From IMG/VR virus record IMGVR_UViG_3300009168_000007, positions 534-64,533 of that record: DNA of 64,000 nt; one strand, written 5' to 3'. The notes beneath the pieces are model-generated. The model was not told the DNA's origin, searched no databases, and worked only from the letters and a program-made list of their open reading frames with translations. Shown one piece after another: positions 46,384-55,478 of this stretch (the stretch's first letter is position 1; the number at the start of each line of letters is the position of its first letter). The position numbers and the translations under genes were made by a program. This DNA comes from a virus. Its lineage: Duplodnaviria; Caudoviricetes.

Positions 46384-49300
46384 CTACTTCAGTATGGCGG
46401 CTTCCAATACGGATAGCCGTTGTAAAATTGATTCTTGATTATACTGTAACATCATGAGTAACTGTGACATGTTCACGCCCGTTACTTTACCGTTCTCATT
46501 GTACGATTTTAATTGGTCAGGAAAATCGGGATCTTTGATATCGACCCCAAATTGGTCCTTACGATTAGGGTTTGTTTTTGCTTGTACCCAATAGGCATGA
46601 GCCTTCGTGTATTCTTCTGGTTGGTCTACATAATCAGTTTCAACAGGTTCCTGACCGACACGCCAGTCGAATTTAATCAATTTAACCTTGGCTATTTTTT
46701 CAGGTCCTACCATCTCAAGACCGGATTGCTCAGTCGGTGGCATAACAAAATTTAAGTATCCAACTTCGCGAATGTTTTCTTTTAACCCGGGATCCGACCA
46801 TAGATCCCATGATGTAGCAATCGGGTTTGTGGGCGCCCCTGAAGAAACTGTAATCACATTCAATATTTCAGTTTCCGTTGCATATCCGACTTTTGACGTC
46901 GGTGAACTCGACGCGATCAAAACATCGTTGGCAAGTGGTTGATTAATCCAATTCATTTTACCTGTTTGACCGGATTGAATATATGGTTGAACAAGTCCTG
47001 GACCAAATTTATTACCATTAATATAACCTGTCGATGGACTTGTTGAATAATCATCATAATAAATTCCCGGTGACGTACCGACATCATCACTGATAACATT
47101 ATTTGCAATTAAAGTTCCAGTTGAATTTTGAATATCTATTGCAGCCGTATTTGTGGCTGCTCCGTTATTAAGAATGTAATTATTTAACAAACAAGTATTA
47201 ATTGATAAAGAATTATCTCCTATTTCAATACCACTAAGACTATTATTATAAATATAATTACCAATCACAAAAGTATAATCGGCGCCATCCCATATACGTA
47301 TACCTGCTAAAGTATTACTATAAACATAATTATTTTGTATACTATTATACTTGCCATTTATAATAGTAATACCTTCTTCGGTATTAGAATATGATACACA
47401 ACTATTGATAGTTATGTTATCACTACCTGTAGTTGTTGCAATCCCGATACCAGTATTATCTTTTGCAACACATCCGGTTAGTTGATTAAAATCTCCTGTT
47501 ATTTGAAACCCATCATTAGTATTATTTCTACTTGTACAACCGGTGCTAGTTGTAAAACCATCTAACTCAAAACCATTTGCCGAGTTACCGTAGGCCATAC
47601 AATTCGATAATGAAATATATACGTTAGCATTCGTATTTCCTACAACAAACCCATCTACTGCTCCAACAGCTAAACAATTTATTAATGATGTTTCTTCGGA
47701 TACTCCTATAACATTAAATCCGGTTGTAATACAAGAAATTGCAACACAATTTATATAACTATTTCTTTTTGTGGTATCGGCCATATAACCGGTAGTACAT
47801 GCGTATGCATAACAATTTTGCCATAATACAGGGGTAAGTTGTCCTGCATCTGGACTACTAAATCCTTGGTTAAAATTCTCCGTCCAAACATGATCGACTA
47901 CCGTATAATATGCACGACTAACGTCGATACCAAAATAATATGCATTTGTTCTCCATGCAGTATTACCTATTAACTTAAAATCTTTTAATAAACATCCGGC
48001 CATTAAAGTTGAATCCCAATCGACACATATAATACCTGGGGTCGTAGATCCTGGCGTAGATGTAGCAATTAAAGCGGTAGAAAAACCACTACCAACTAGA
48101 TTAATATTCGGTGTAGCTAATCGAATAATACTATTTAAGTTAAACGTTCCCTCAAGTAGTTTAACTGTACCGCCTCGCTTTCCAAGAGAGTTAATGGCGG
48201 CTTGGATCTCAAGGTTATCCGCCGTACCATCACATATATAATCCGCATAAATAGAATTACTAGAATCCGTGGCCGCTATAATGATCGTCTCGGCCGCGTG
48301 CCATGATCCTGTGGCCGTACTATTAATCCATTCGGAGCCATTATATTTGAGGACCTCATTTGTGGAAGGTCCGGTAAGTACGACGTCCGTAAGATCGTTA
48401 AGGGCGGAAGCACCCCCACCACCGGAAATATCATCGCTCGCTTCCCAAATAGTAGCGTCTGCGTTCCACTTGAGGACTTGGGTGTTAGACTTATTGGTCG
48501 CGGAAACATTTGTGATATCTTCCATGGCCACGGATCCGGGACCACCGGATACATCATCACTTGCCTCCCAAATGGATTCTCCGGCATTCCATTTAAGGAC
48601 TTGGGTATTAGACTTATTGGCCGCAGAAACATTTGTGATATCTTCCATGGCTGTATACCCAGGACCACCAGAAATATCATTACTTGCTTCCCAAATACTT
48701 GCACCCGCATTCCATTTGAGGACTTGACCGACGATCTTTTCGATTTCAGATACATCGGTGATATCCCCCATAGCCACACTTTCAAGTCCTGTTAGATCTT
48801 GACTCGCTTCCCAAATTGATTCGTCGGCATTCCACTTGAGAACTTGGCCGACGGACTTGTTCGCCTGTGAAATATCGGTAATTATAGTTGTAGCCACACT
48901 CGGTAATCCAATATCGTCACTCGCCTCCCAGATGTTTGCTCCGGCGTTCCATTTGAAGACTTGCCCGACGGATTTATTCGCCTGTGAAATATCGGTAATT
49001 ATAGTCGTAGCCACACTTGTTAAACCAACATCATCACTTGCCTCCCAGATGTTTGCTCCGGCGTTCCATTTTAATGCATCTCCGACCACCTTATTCGTAA
49101 CCGAAACATCAGGAATATCATCCAACGAGTTTAATGGCGTAGCATTATTCGGAAATTTTGCTACAAATGCGGGTATATCCGAGTCGAACATGGGGACTGT
49201 CCCTGACGCCGGATTAATGATATTGAACGGAGTACCATTAATGACCATTGTGGCTGCAAGAATTTGATCCCCCGTTATATCTCCTGTAGCATTAATTACG

Positions 49301-49416
49301 TTCGCTTGGAATGTTCCCGTAATATCAGCATTCCCGTTCCATAAACGACGGCTCGTTTGAGCCATGACAATTTGGGAAACCATTAATACAAAAATAATAA
49401 ACACATATTTTTTCAT
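46384..49416 (-). CDS. tail spike-like protein: signal-peptide-like N-terminus, ~41 aa repeats, right-handed beta-helix, C-terminal S74-like chaperone
   Basis: MKKYVFIIFVLMVSQIVMA-Q; repeated GQVLKWNA..IWEASDD; ADYICDGTADNLEIQAAI..GGTVKLLEG; N/C ladders; SDPGLKENI..LSVLE. Confidence 0.8.
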   Translation of the reverse strand: MKKYVFIIFVLMVSQIVMAQTSRRLWNGNADITGTFQANVINATGDITGDQILAATMVINGTPFNIINPASGTVPMFDSDIPAFVAKFPNNATPLNSLDDIPDVSVTNKVVGDALKWNAGANIWEASDDVGLTSVATTIITDISQANKSVGQVFKWNAGANIWEASDDIGLPSVATTIITDISQANKSVGQVLKWNADESIWEASQDLTGLESVAMGDITDVSEIEKIVGQVLKWNAGASIWEASNDISGGPGYTAMEDITNVSAANKSNTQVLKWNAGESIWEASDDVSGGPGSVAMEDITNVSATNKSNTQVLKWNADATIWEASDDISGGGGASALNDLTDVVLTGPSTNEVLKYNGSEWINSTATGSWHAAETIIIAATDSSNSIYADYICDGTADNLEIQAAINSLGKRGGTVKLLEGTFNLNSIIRLATPNINLVGSGFSTALIATSTPGSTTPGIICVDWDSTLMAGCLLKDFKLIGNTAWRTNAYYFGIDVSRAYYTVVDHVWTENFNQGFSSPDAGQLTPVLWQNCYAYACTTGYMADTTKRNSYINCVAISCITTGFNVIGVSEETSLINCLAVGAVDGFVVGNTNANVYISLSNCMAYGNSANGFELDGFTTSTGCTSRNNTNDGFQITGDFNQLTGCVAKDNTGIGIATTTGSDNITINSCVSYSNTEEGITIINGKYNSIQNNYVYSNTLAGIRIWDGADYTFVIGNYIYNNSLSGIEIGDNSLSINTCLLNNYILNNGAATNTAAIDIQNSTGTLIANNVISDDVGTSPGIYYDDYSTSPSTGYINGNKFGPGLVQPYIQSGQTGKMNWINQPLANDVLIASSSPTSKVGYATETEILNVITVSSGAPTNPIATSWDLWSDPGLKENIREVGYLNFVMPPTEQSGLEMVGPEKIAKVKLIKFDWRVGQEPVETDYVDQPEEYTKAHAYWVQAKTNPNRKDQFGVDIKDPDFPDQLKSYNENGKVTGVNMSQLLMMLQYNQESILQRLSVLEAAILK
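48330..49130 (-). repeat. tandem ~123 bp coding repeats (six clear copies plus a degenerate seventh)
   Basis: D(I/V)S..NKS..QVLKWNA..IWEAS.D repeated; near-identical DNA pairs. Confidence 0.9.
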
Positions 49417-49427
49417 TGACCTATCTC

Positions 49428-50078
49428 CTATGCTCCATAATAAGCAATCTCTACGTTATCCGTTCCAACCGGAATTGCATCCAAATATTCCGGCGTTATT
49501 TGATCATAAGTTCCCGAACCGGGTGACGATTCTGTAACCTGATAATCCTTACCACTACCACGACGAAGTCGAAGTCCCTGAACATAAACTTCTACCGTCG
49601 TTGGATCCACATTCGCCCCAATTGGGAGTACGATCACAGCCCCAAGACCATCCTTAAAAGCCACAGTTTTATCGATTGGAATCGCGGACCCCGATCCTAC
49701 GGCCGCAATTCCTATCACATTTGTTCCATCACAATATACAAATTGCGCTTCGGTAGGGTTAAGTGTAACCCCCGATCCTGCGACCGTTTTAATAATCACA
49801 TCAAAATCTGTGCCGTTGTGCCATAGCATATAGGCATGATTATTATTAGGAACGATCAAATTGACGTCGGCGCCAAGGGCGCCCGAACATTTGATCACAA
49901 GACACCTGATCACCGATGTGGCCGTTGGGGTCACATTCCCTGATAACCCCGTAAGATCTACCGTCAACAGTCCCGCAATCGCCCCATCAAATATTTCGAA
50001 GGCCTCGTTTGCGGTGACCTCCTTTTGGTTCTGTGACTCCTCAATCAGAGTTACCGCTAAATTTGTGGTTGTACTCAT
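49428..50078 (-). CDS. tail protein with DUF2793-like N-terminus
   Basis: TTNLAVTLIEESQNQKEVTANEAF. Confidence 0.7.
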   Translation of the reverse strand: MSTTTNLAVTLIEESQNQKEVTANEAFEIFDGAIAGLLTVDLTGLSGNVTPTATSVIRCLVIKCSGALGADVNLIVPNNNHAYMLWHNGTDFDVIIKTVAGSGVTLNPTEAQFVYCDGTNVIGIAAVGSGSAIPIDKTVAFKDGLGAVIVLPIGANVDPTTVEVYVQGLRLRRGSGKDYQVTESSPGSGTYDQITPEYLDAIPVGTDNVEIAYYGA

Positions 50079-53000
50079 TATACTATTGCCTCCGTTCCAT
50101 ATCCTCGATCGACAATTGCACTTATTTGATATATGATAAGGGAGACGGGATCTCCCGGTGTTAATCCATCTGAAGTTTGATCCGCGGCCGAATATGTAAT
50201 GGTCGGGGACGTGGCCACAATATTGCGCAGGACCGTACCCGTGGGCCCAATAATTTCAATGTCATACGATTCCGACGACTCACCCAATATCACGGTTCCA
50301 CTCGCATTAACCCAATCACCCGCTATTCTCGTACGTCTTTTCCATGTGACCGTTAAGTTATTTGAACCGTCACGTGTTCCAAATATGTAGCATGGACTGT
50401 ATGGCATAAGAGGTTCGCCGATCGAGGCCACATCCACAACAGGTGCGTCCTCTAAATGTGAACCGATCGAAACTCCCTTGTAATACCGGTGAGCATTAAT
50501 CTCTGCCGGCAATAAGTTATGTTTAAGGATCGTATAGGCGTCAAGTAAAATAAATGTGTCACCCGCGACATGTCCATCAATAAAATAGTTCGATCCTCTC
50601 CGACCACGAAGTAGGTTTGTAAGTCGGTATAAATTTGTCCCAGTTAGAGTAGCGGTGGTGAATTGAATCACCTCCCACCCCGTGCCGCATTTTAATAATG
50701 CGGCATTCGAACCGTTAAGAACCTGTAATTCCGTCTTTGATTCCAACGTCCCCCTTACAAGAGAGACATCGAGATATTTGTAACGTTCCCACGTGGCCCA
50801 TTGATTTGACGTGCCGAGGGCATTCATCGCATGACCCCACGTTACCGAATGTAACGCAGTAGCTATTTCATCGTACAGTTTATTGTCCTGTGATTTGAAT
50901 ATGACCGCCCCGCGCCAACCCGTCAAGTAAGAACAAGCAGCAAAGTAGAGCGGTGTGGCCGATCCGCCGTAATCGTCGAAATCGCGGAGTAAGTTGGTAT
51001 TGAGCGGAATCAATTCCGTCGGACCAACAAGTTGTAGCGTGTTAGTCAACAACGTTGACCCACCAAAACCCTCTAGTAATGAGGTATAGTTGTCGGGGTC
51101 GTTGTGTGATACTTGTAACTCGATCCCCAGACCACTTCCTACCGTCGCTTTTACAACCCTCACCGTATAAGAGGTTGTGCCGATCGTCAGGGTTCCCACA
51201 TCCGATGGATCGATTAACATATAATTCGGCCCAAGACGAAGTTCATGTCCGACTCGCTCATTCCATATATGATAAAGATACTTGGCCGCAATTTGTTTGG
51301 CCTCGCTCGGAGTAAGGTCGATCGCTAACTCGATCGATTCGACCTGAGTCGATTTTACCGTATCGGCATGTCTCGCATGCCTTGCTACATTTTGTTGATA
51401 GGCTCTTTGACGATCGATAAAAACAACATCGAATTCTTTTGGGAGTTGGGATTCCTCGACTTGAATCTCGGAGTTCTTGACGTCGGACTCGACCCCAAGA
51501 TCGTCTTCATCGATCGTAAATGAACTTGCATCGCCAAGTAGATTAAATTTTATTTTCCAATCGGATTCTACGCCATTCACAAAATAGCCAAGAAGTAACG
51601 GCATGATCGCAGATTTTGCACTCATTTGGCGACCGATAAGATATCCATACACATTAATAGCAGTTAAGTCAGTTACATCGATGTCCGCGGCCACTAACTT
51701 CTTTGATCGTACGGCCATGTCGGTGATGACATCATCTAATGTTTCCGGTAGTCCCGTCAATCGATCGAGATAACATCGCAGAATAGTATCATGAGTATAA
51801 GGTGAACCAAACACGGACGAATTATCTGCACGCCAAATCGATTTCGATTCGTCGTCCCAATAAATGTCACCAATACCACCATAAGATGTACCCCAATTCG
51901 ACCATGAATATGGACCATAGATCACCTCAAGAGTCGAGGCTTTTAAAATTGTGGCGCCAATATGACTGGCGATAATGATATTACCATTTTGAACACCAAT
52001 ACGAGAGTTCGTTCTAAACTGAGGATAGTTCGGAATATCAGTAGAAGTTGCTGTAGCAATAACCGACATGTCCTCGATGTCCCATTTAATTGCGGCTATA
52101 CCGTCATAGTCGTAGGTTTGTTTGCTTGCAAATATAATTAATGAATGATCATCAGGATAATAAATAAAACTTGATGGTCCGTGAGGTAAGTAAGCGGTTA
52201 AACTGATAATTCCATAAGCCCCCGTTACCACCTTTGGTGTACCAAAATATGTGTCTTGATCCGAATTATCCACAAGTATAGCGGATACGCGGTATAGTCC
52301 TGCACCGCTCGATGCTCCTGTAGCACCTATAATTCCCAAAACCCAAATGATCGAATCTTTATCGACAACCACATCAATCGGGCTATACCCACCACCGAAC
52401 CATGATGAATTAAATGAGATTCTGCCTAAATAACGAAGGTCGTCGAGTGACTCGTCCGGTTGTAAATCGCTTGTATCGAGAGCCATAAGATTACGCGAAA
52501 TAAAATCAATACGTCCACCATAAAAATATGAGGCTACAATCAATACTTTTTCATACCCAACGAACTGTGGCATATTTGCTGCAATTGAAATACTATGTGC
52601 TTGTATACACCACCATGCCGAAGCGTTCCATTGATTAATTAGTCCGCATTCGTCGATAATCTCCAATGTATTCGGGTCGATCTTATAATATTTATCGGTT
52701 TTAGTATCCACATCATCTTGACACCAGATAAACCCCTCAGGGTCAATCGATAATGTAGTACTATTTAATGAAATACTTAACGTATTATATGCGACCTCGG
52801 CATTCGTTGTAATATTAAATTTTGAAATTTTATTCCCACCTACCACATATATGTACGGGCGAATAGGATCACGTATAAAACAATTAGTGCCTGGATATGT
52901 TATTCCCGCGTTTGTCGGCCAAAATCGTTCCGACGGATATGACACGGCGCCGTTAAACGAGATCGTGGCTTCAATCAATGGGATTCTACCGCCATATTCT

Positions 53001-53566
53001 GTCAGATCAAAATCCTCAAATACTACATACACGATCCCACGATATGCGGTCGCATTCCCTACGCCCTTGATCGACTCGATCGTCGAATCAGGTTCCTGGG
53101 TCTCAGTTCCCTTGTAAAATTTGAACCGCACAGGTTTTGTAACATTTGTCTTAAGGTCACCCGAGTTTGTTATATCATAAATCAACTTTCCATCACAATA
53201 TAGTTGTAAAAGATCGTATGCGGTCCTACCCGCAAAAGCAACCGCAAACGACTTGCTATATGTATATGTAATTTGAGTGGCGGAGGCACCTCCCTTTCCT
53301 CCCACTTTTTTCTTATTGACCGTTTCATTAAGTTCCGTCGACCAAATCACAGAACCCGCCCAACGGTGTGTTCCGTAACCAATCGGCAAAGGTGTCCCAT
53401 AATCGGCAGTTTGAACTTTATTATCGGTTACCCGTGGACCATACATAGTTTGGTGTGGTGAAAATAACCATCCACCCAACATGGCGCCGGCAACCCATCC
53501 TACAGGTCCGACCCCAAATTGAGATCCTACGGCCGCTCCACCTACCGCTAACAATAATTGTGCCAT
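50078..53566 (-). CDS. GTA-like central tail / host-specificity protein
   Basis: GPR..D..VQTADYG.P.P..YGT, AYRGIVYVVFEDFDLTEYGGRIP, LLRGRRGS, W.RRTR. Confidence 0.9.
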   Translation of the reverse strand: MAQLLLAVGGAAVGSQFGVGPVGWVAGAMLGGWLFSPHQTMYGPRVTDNKVQTADYGTPLPIGYGTHRWAGSVIWSTELNETVNKKKVGGKGGASATQITYTYSKSFAVAFAGRTAYDLLQLYCDGKLIYDITNSGDLKTNVTKPVRFKFYKGTETQEPDSTIESIKGVGNATAYRGIVYVVFEDFDLTEYGGRIPLIEATISFNGAVSYPSERFWPTNAGITYPGTNCFIRDPIRPYIYVVGGNKISKFNITTNAEVAYNTLSISLNSTTLSIDPEGFIWCQDDVDTKTDKYYKIDPNTLEIIDECGLINQWNASAWWCIQAHSISIAANMPQFVGYEKVLIVASYFYGGRIDFISRNLMALDTSDLQPDESLDDLRYLGRISFNSSWFGGGYSPIDVVVDKDSIIWVLGIIGATGASSGAGLYRVSAILVDNSDQDTYFGTPKVVTGAYGIISLTAYLPHGPSSFIYYPDDHSLIIFASKQTYDYDGIAAIKWDIEDMSVIATATSTDIPNYPQFRTNSRIGVQNGNIIIASHIGATILKASTLEVIYGPYSWSNWGTSYGGIGDIYWDDESKSIWRADNSSVFGSPYTHDTILRCYLDRLTGLPETLDDVITDMAVRSKKLVAADIDVTDLTAINVYGYLIGRQMSAKSAIMPLLLGYFVNGVESDWKIKFNLLGDASSFTIDEDDLGVESDVKNSEIQVEESQLPKEFDVVFIDRQRAYQQNVARHARHADTVKSTQVESIELAIDLTPSEAKQIAAKYLYHIWNERVGHELRLGPNYMLIDPSDVGTLTIGTTSYTVRVVKATVGSGLGIELQVSHNDPDNYTSLLEGFGGSTLLTNTLQLVGPTELIPLNTNLLRDFDDYGGSATPLYFAACSYLTGWRGAVIFKSQDNKLYDEIATALHSVTWGHAMNALGTSNQWATWERYKYLDVSLVRGTLESKTELQVLNGSNAALLKCGTGWEVIQFTTATLTGTNLYRLTNLLRGRRGSNYFIDGHVAGDTFILLDAYTILKHNLLPAEINAHRYYKGVSIGSHLEDAPVVDVASIGEPLMPYSPCYIFGTRDGSNNLTVTWKRRTRIAGDWVNASGTVILGESSESYDIEIIGPTGTVLRNIVATSPTITYSAADQTSDGLTPGDPVSLIIYQISAIVDRGYGTEAIV

Positions 53567-53976
53567 TATAGGACTCCATTAAAACTATAGCATTCACGTG
53601 CCAGGTTCATCCATCTCTCGTCAAGATGATGTTCCACCACCATCCCACGAGTAAATAGGGCATGGATAATTAAGTTCGACCCACAATAAATACCCACGTG
53701 ACATGGATATCTAGGTAAAGCAAAAGTAAGAATATCACCCGGTTGTCTCTCTTGTAGATACTTATGTACAAGATTTGACCTTAATTCGTTCATGAATATA
53801 TGGCGATCGGGCGATCTTTCATACGCCACATAGTCATAGTTTGTTAAACCAAGATCCTTACCGACACATATTATAAGTCCAATACAATCGATACCGTTAC
53901 GACTACGACCCTGATGAACGAACGGAGTTCCAATATAACATTTCGCGGCCTTAACGATATCATCTCGTATGATCAT
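53566..53976 (-). CDS. NlpC/P60 tail-associated peptidase
   Basis: GTPFVHQGRS..GIDCIGL..HVGI..IHA. Confidence 0.92.
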   Translation of the reverse strand: MIIRDDIVKAAKCYIGTPFVHQGRSRNGIDCIGLIICVGKDLGLTNYDYVAYERSPDRHIFMNELRSNLVHKYLQERQPGDILTFALPRYPCHVGIYCGSNLIIHALFTRGMVVEHHLDERWMNLARECYSFNGVL

Positions 53977-54824
53977 GCTTTTGCGTCCGGATATTCATAA
54001 AGAGCGTCCCTGCCGATTACGTCAGGACACCCCCTAAAATTGACATAATTACTATAGGCCTTACAAGTAACTTCCCTCTTATCACAGCCCTTCCAAATAT
54101 CTATCGTATCACCGTTCGCAATCGTGAACGGGGCCAACGTATACAAAGAGACTGTACCGTCCACGGTCGAAGTTTTAATTTCGTATGTTACACCAAGGTT
54201 GGCGCCTGATGTAAATGTAACTTTCCCCTCGTCAAATACGTTAGCGGCTGAGTATATAATCCCCGTCGTCGTGAATGTTTTCTGATTCACGGCTACGTCG
54301 ATTGCCCCCGATTGTTTGACGAGGGTTAAATCGTACCCACATCGGGTGTCGCCAAAATCGGCATCACATTCGGGACTAATGAGTCGTAATATATTTTGAT
54401 CAAGAGCACTAGCAAGTCCCCTCAAATCGGCGATATACTTATCGTCCTCCATCCTTATCTCACCGATCCATCCTCTCTGTAATTTAATAATTCCCATGGT
54501 GAGATCCGCCCAATTGACCGTAAATACATAAATAGCCGCGTTCACGTATTTTTGAGCACGAATGTCATTCGCCGTAATGGCGGCGCTATCAAGGATGCTT
54601 GTAATCTCTTGGTTATTCACCCCAAGATCTATATTCTGTACAAGGTTCGTACGGTCGTATCCCGTATTCGCTTTATACACGACCCCATCGTAAGTTAAAT
54701 TACGATCGTGGTCAGTAAACCCAAGCACGGTTTCATCCTCACGGACGATTTTCCAGCATGTTGCCAATGTGGTTACTCGTCCAGCAATATGTGTGCCCAA
54801 CTCAGACGAGCAACTCTTCGTCAT
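53973..54824 (-). CDS. GTA-like baseplate hub protein (DUF2163/BR0599-like)
   Basis: TLATCWKI.R.D..LGFTDHDR, C.A.FGD.RC, GCDK...C..NFRG.P. Confidence 0.9.
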   Translation of the reverse strand: MTKSCSSELGTHIAGRVTTLATCWKIVREDETVLGFTDHDRNLTYDGVVYKANTGYDRTNLVQNIDLGVNNQEITSILDSAAITANDIRAQKYVNAAIYVFTVNWADLTMGIIKLQRGWIGEIRMEDDKYIADLRGLASALDQNILRLISPECDADFGDTRCGYDLTLVKQSGAIDVAVNQKTFTTTGIIYSAANVFDEGKVTFTSGANLGVTYEIKTSTVDGTVSLYTLAPFTIANGDTIDIWKGCDKREVTCKAYSNYVNFRGCPDVIGRDALYEYPDAKA

Positions 54825-55476
54825 CTTTTTCCTCCACAATCGTGATTTGTCCCCATGTATGATTATCATAAAATTTCATCGAGGCCTTCATGTGATCAAC
54901 CCCAAAACGGCAATGACAATAAAACTCGAATGAAGCTTTTACAAGATGACCATTAGCCGGTAAATGACCGGCAACAAACGTGATTACACCGAGATTATAG
55001 TTGACGGTATAATCGACCCCCTCTTCCTTGACCACACTATTGACCGTTACCGACCATGGGTTAGTTTCACCATCCCAGAATGAGGCTGAAGTCGACGGAT
55101 TTATTTTTGTTAAAGTTCTTGTATAGGTATAAGCACCGGATGTATATAATTTTTTACATTGAAATTGGGTCAACGACCCCGTGCCCGTGCCAAGTGTTTG
55201 TAATGTAGCATAATCGTCTGCCCAATCGTGAAACTTGAACGAATAACCTTGACCATATCGAGCATAAAAGAAAGCCAATAAGGCTTGAAATTCCGTCTCA
55301 CTTTTTACCGCATGGGCAACATCCCACTCACCCCTTGCAATCGACCAATCGATATTACGACGGTCGCGACCTCCCTTGGGGTCGAAGATTGTGGTTTTAA
55401 ATTTAGGCCCCCCGACCGCGTCCTGCGCGATCGAATCAGGAAATACCACATCATGAAATGATGCTGGAACGGCCAT
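54802..55476 (-). CDS. distal tail protein (DUF2460-like)
   Basis: FHDVVFP..GGP.F.T..RN..W, FF.AR.G...F.F.DW.D. Confidence 0.9.
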   Translation of the reverse strand: MAVPASFHDVVFPDSIAQDAVGGPKFKTTIFDPKGGRDRRNIDWSIARGEWDVAHAVKSETEFQALLAFFYARYGQGYSFKFHDWADDYATLQTLGTGTGSLTQFQCKKLYTSGAYTYTRTLTKINPSTSASFWDGETNPWSVTVNSVVKEEGVDYTVNYNLGVITFVAGHLPANGHLVKASFEFYCHCRFGVDHMKASMKFYDNHTWGQITIVEEKDDEELLV

Positions 55477-55478
55477 GA

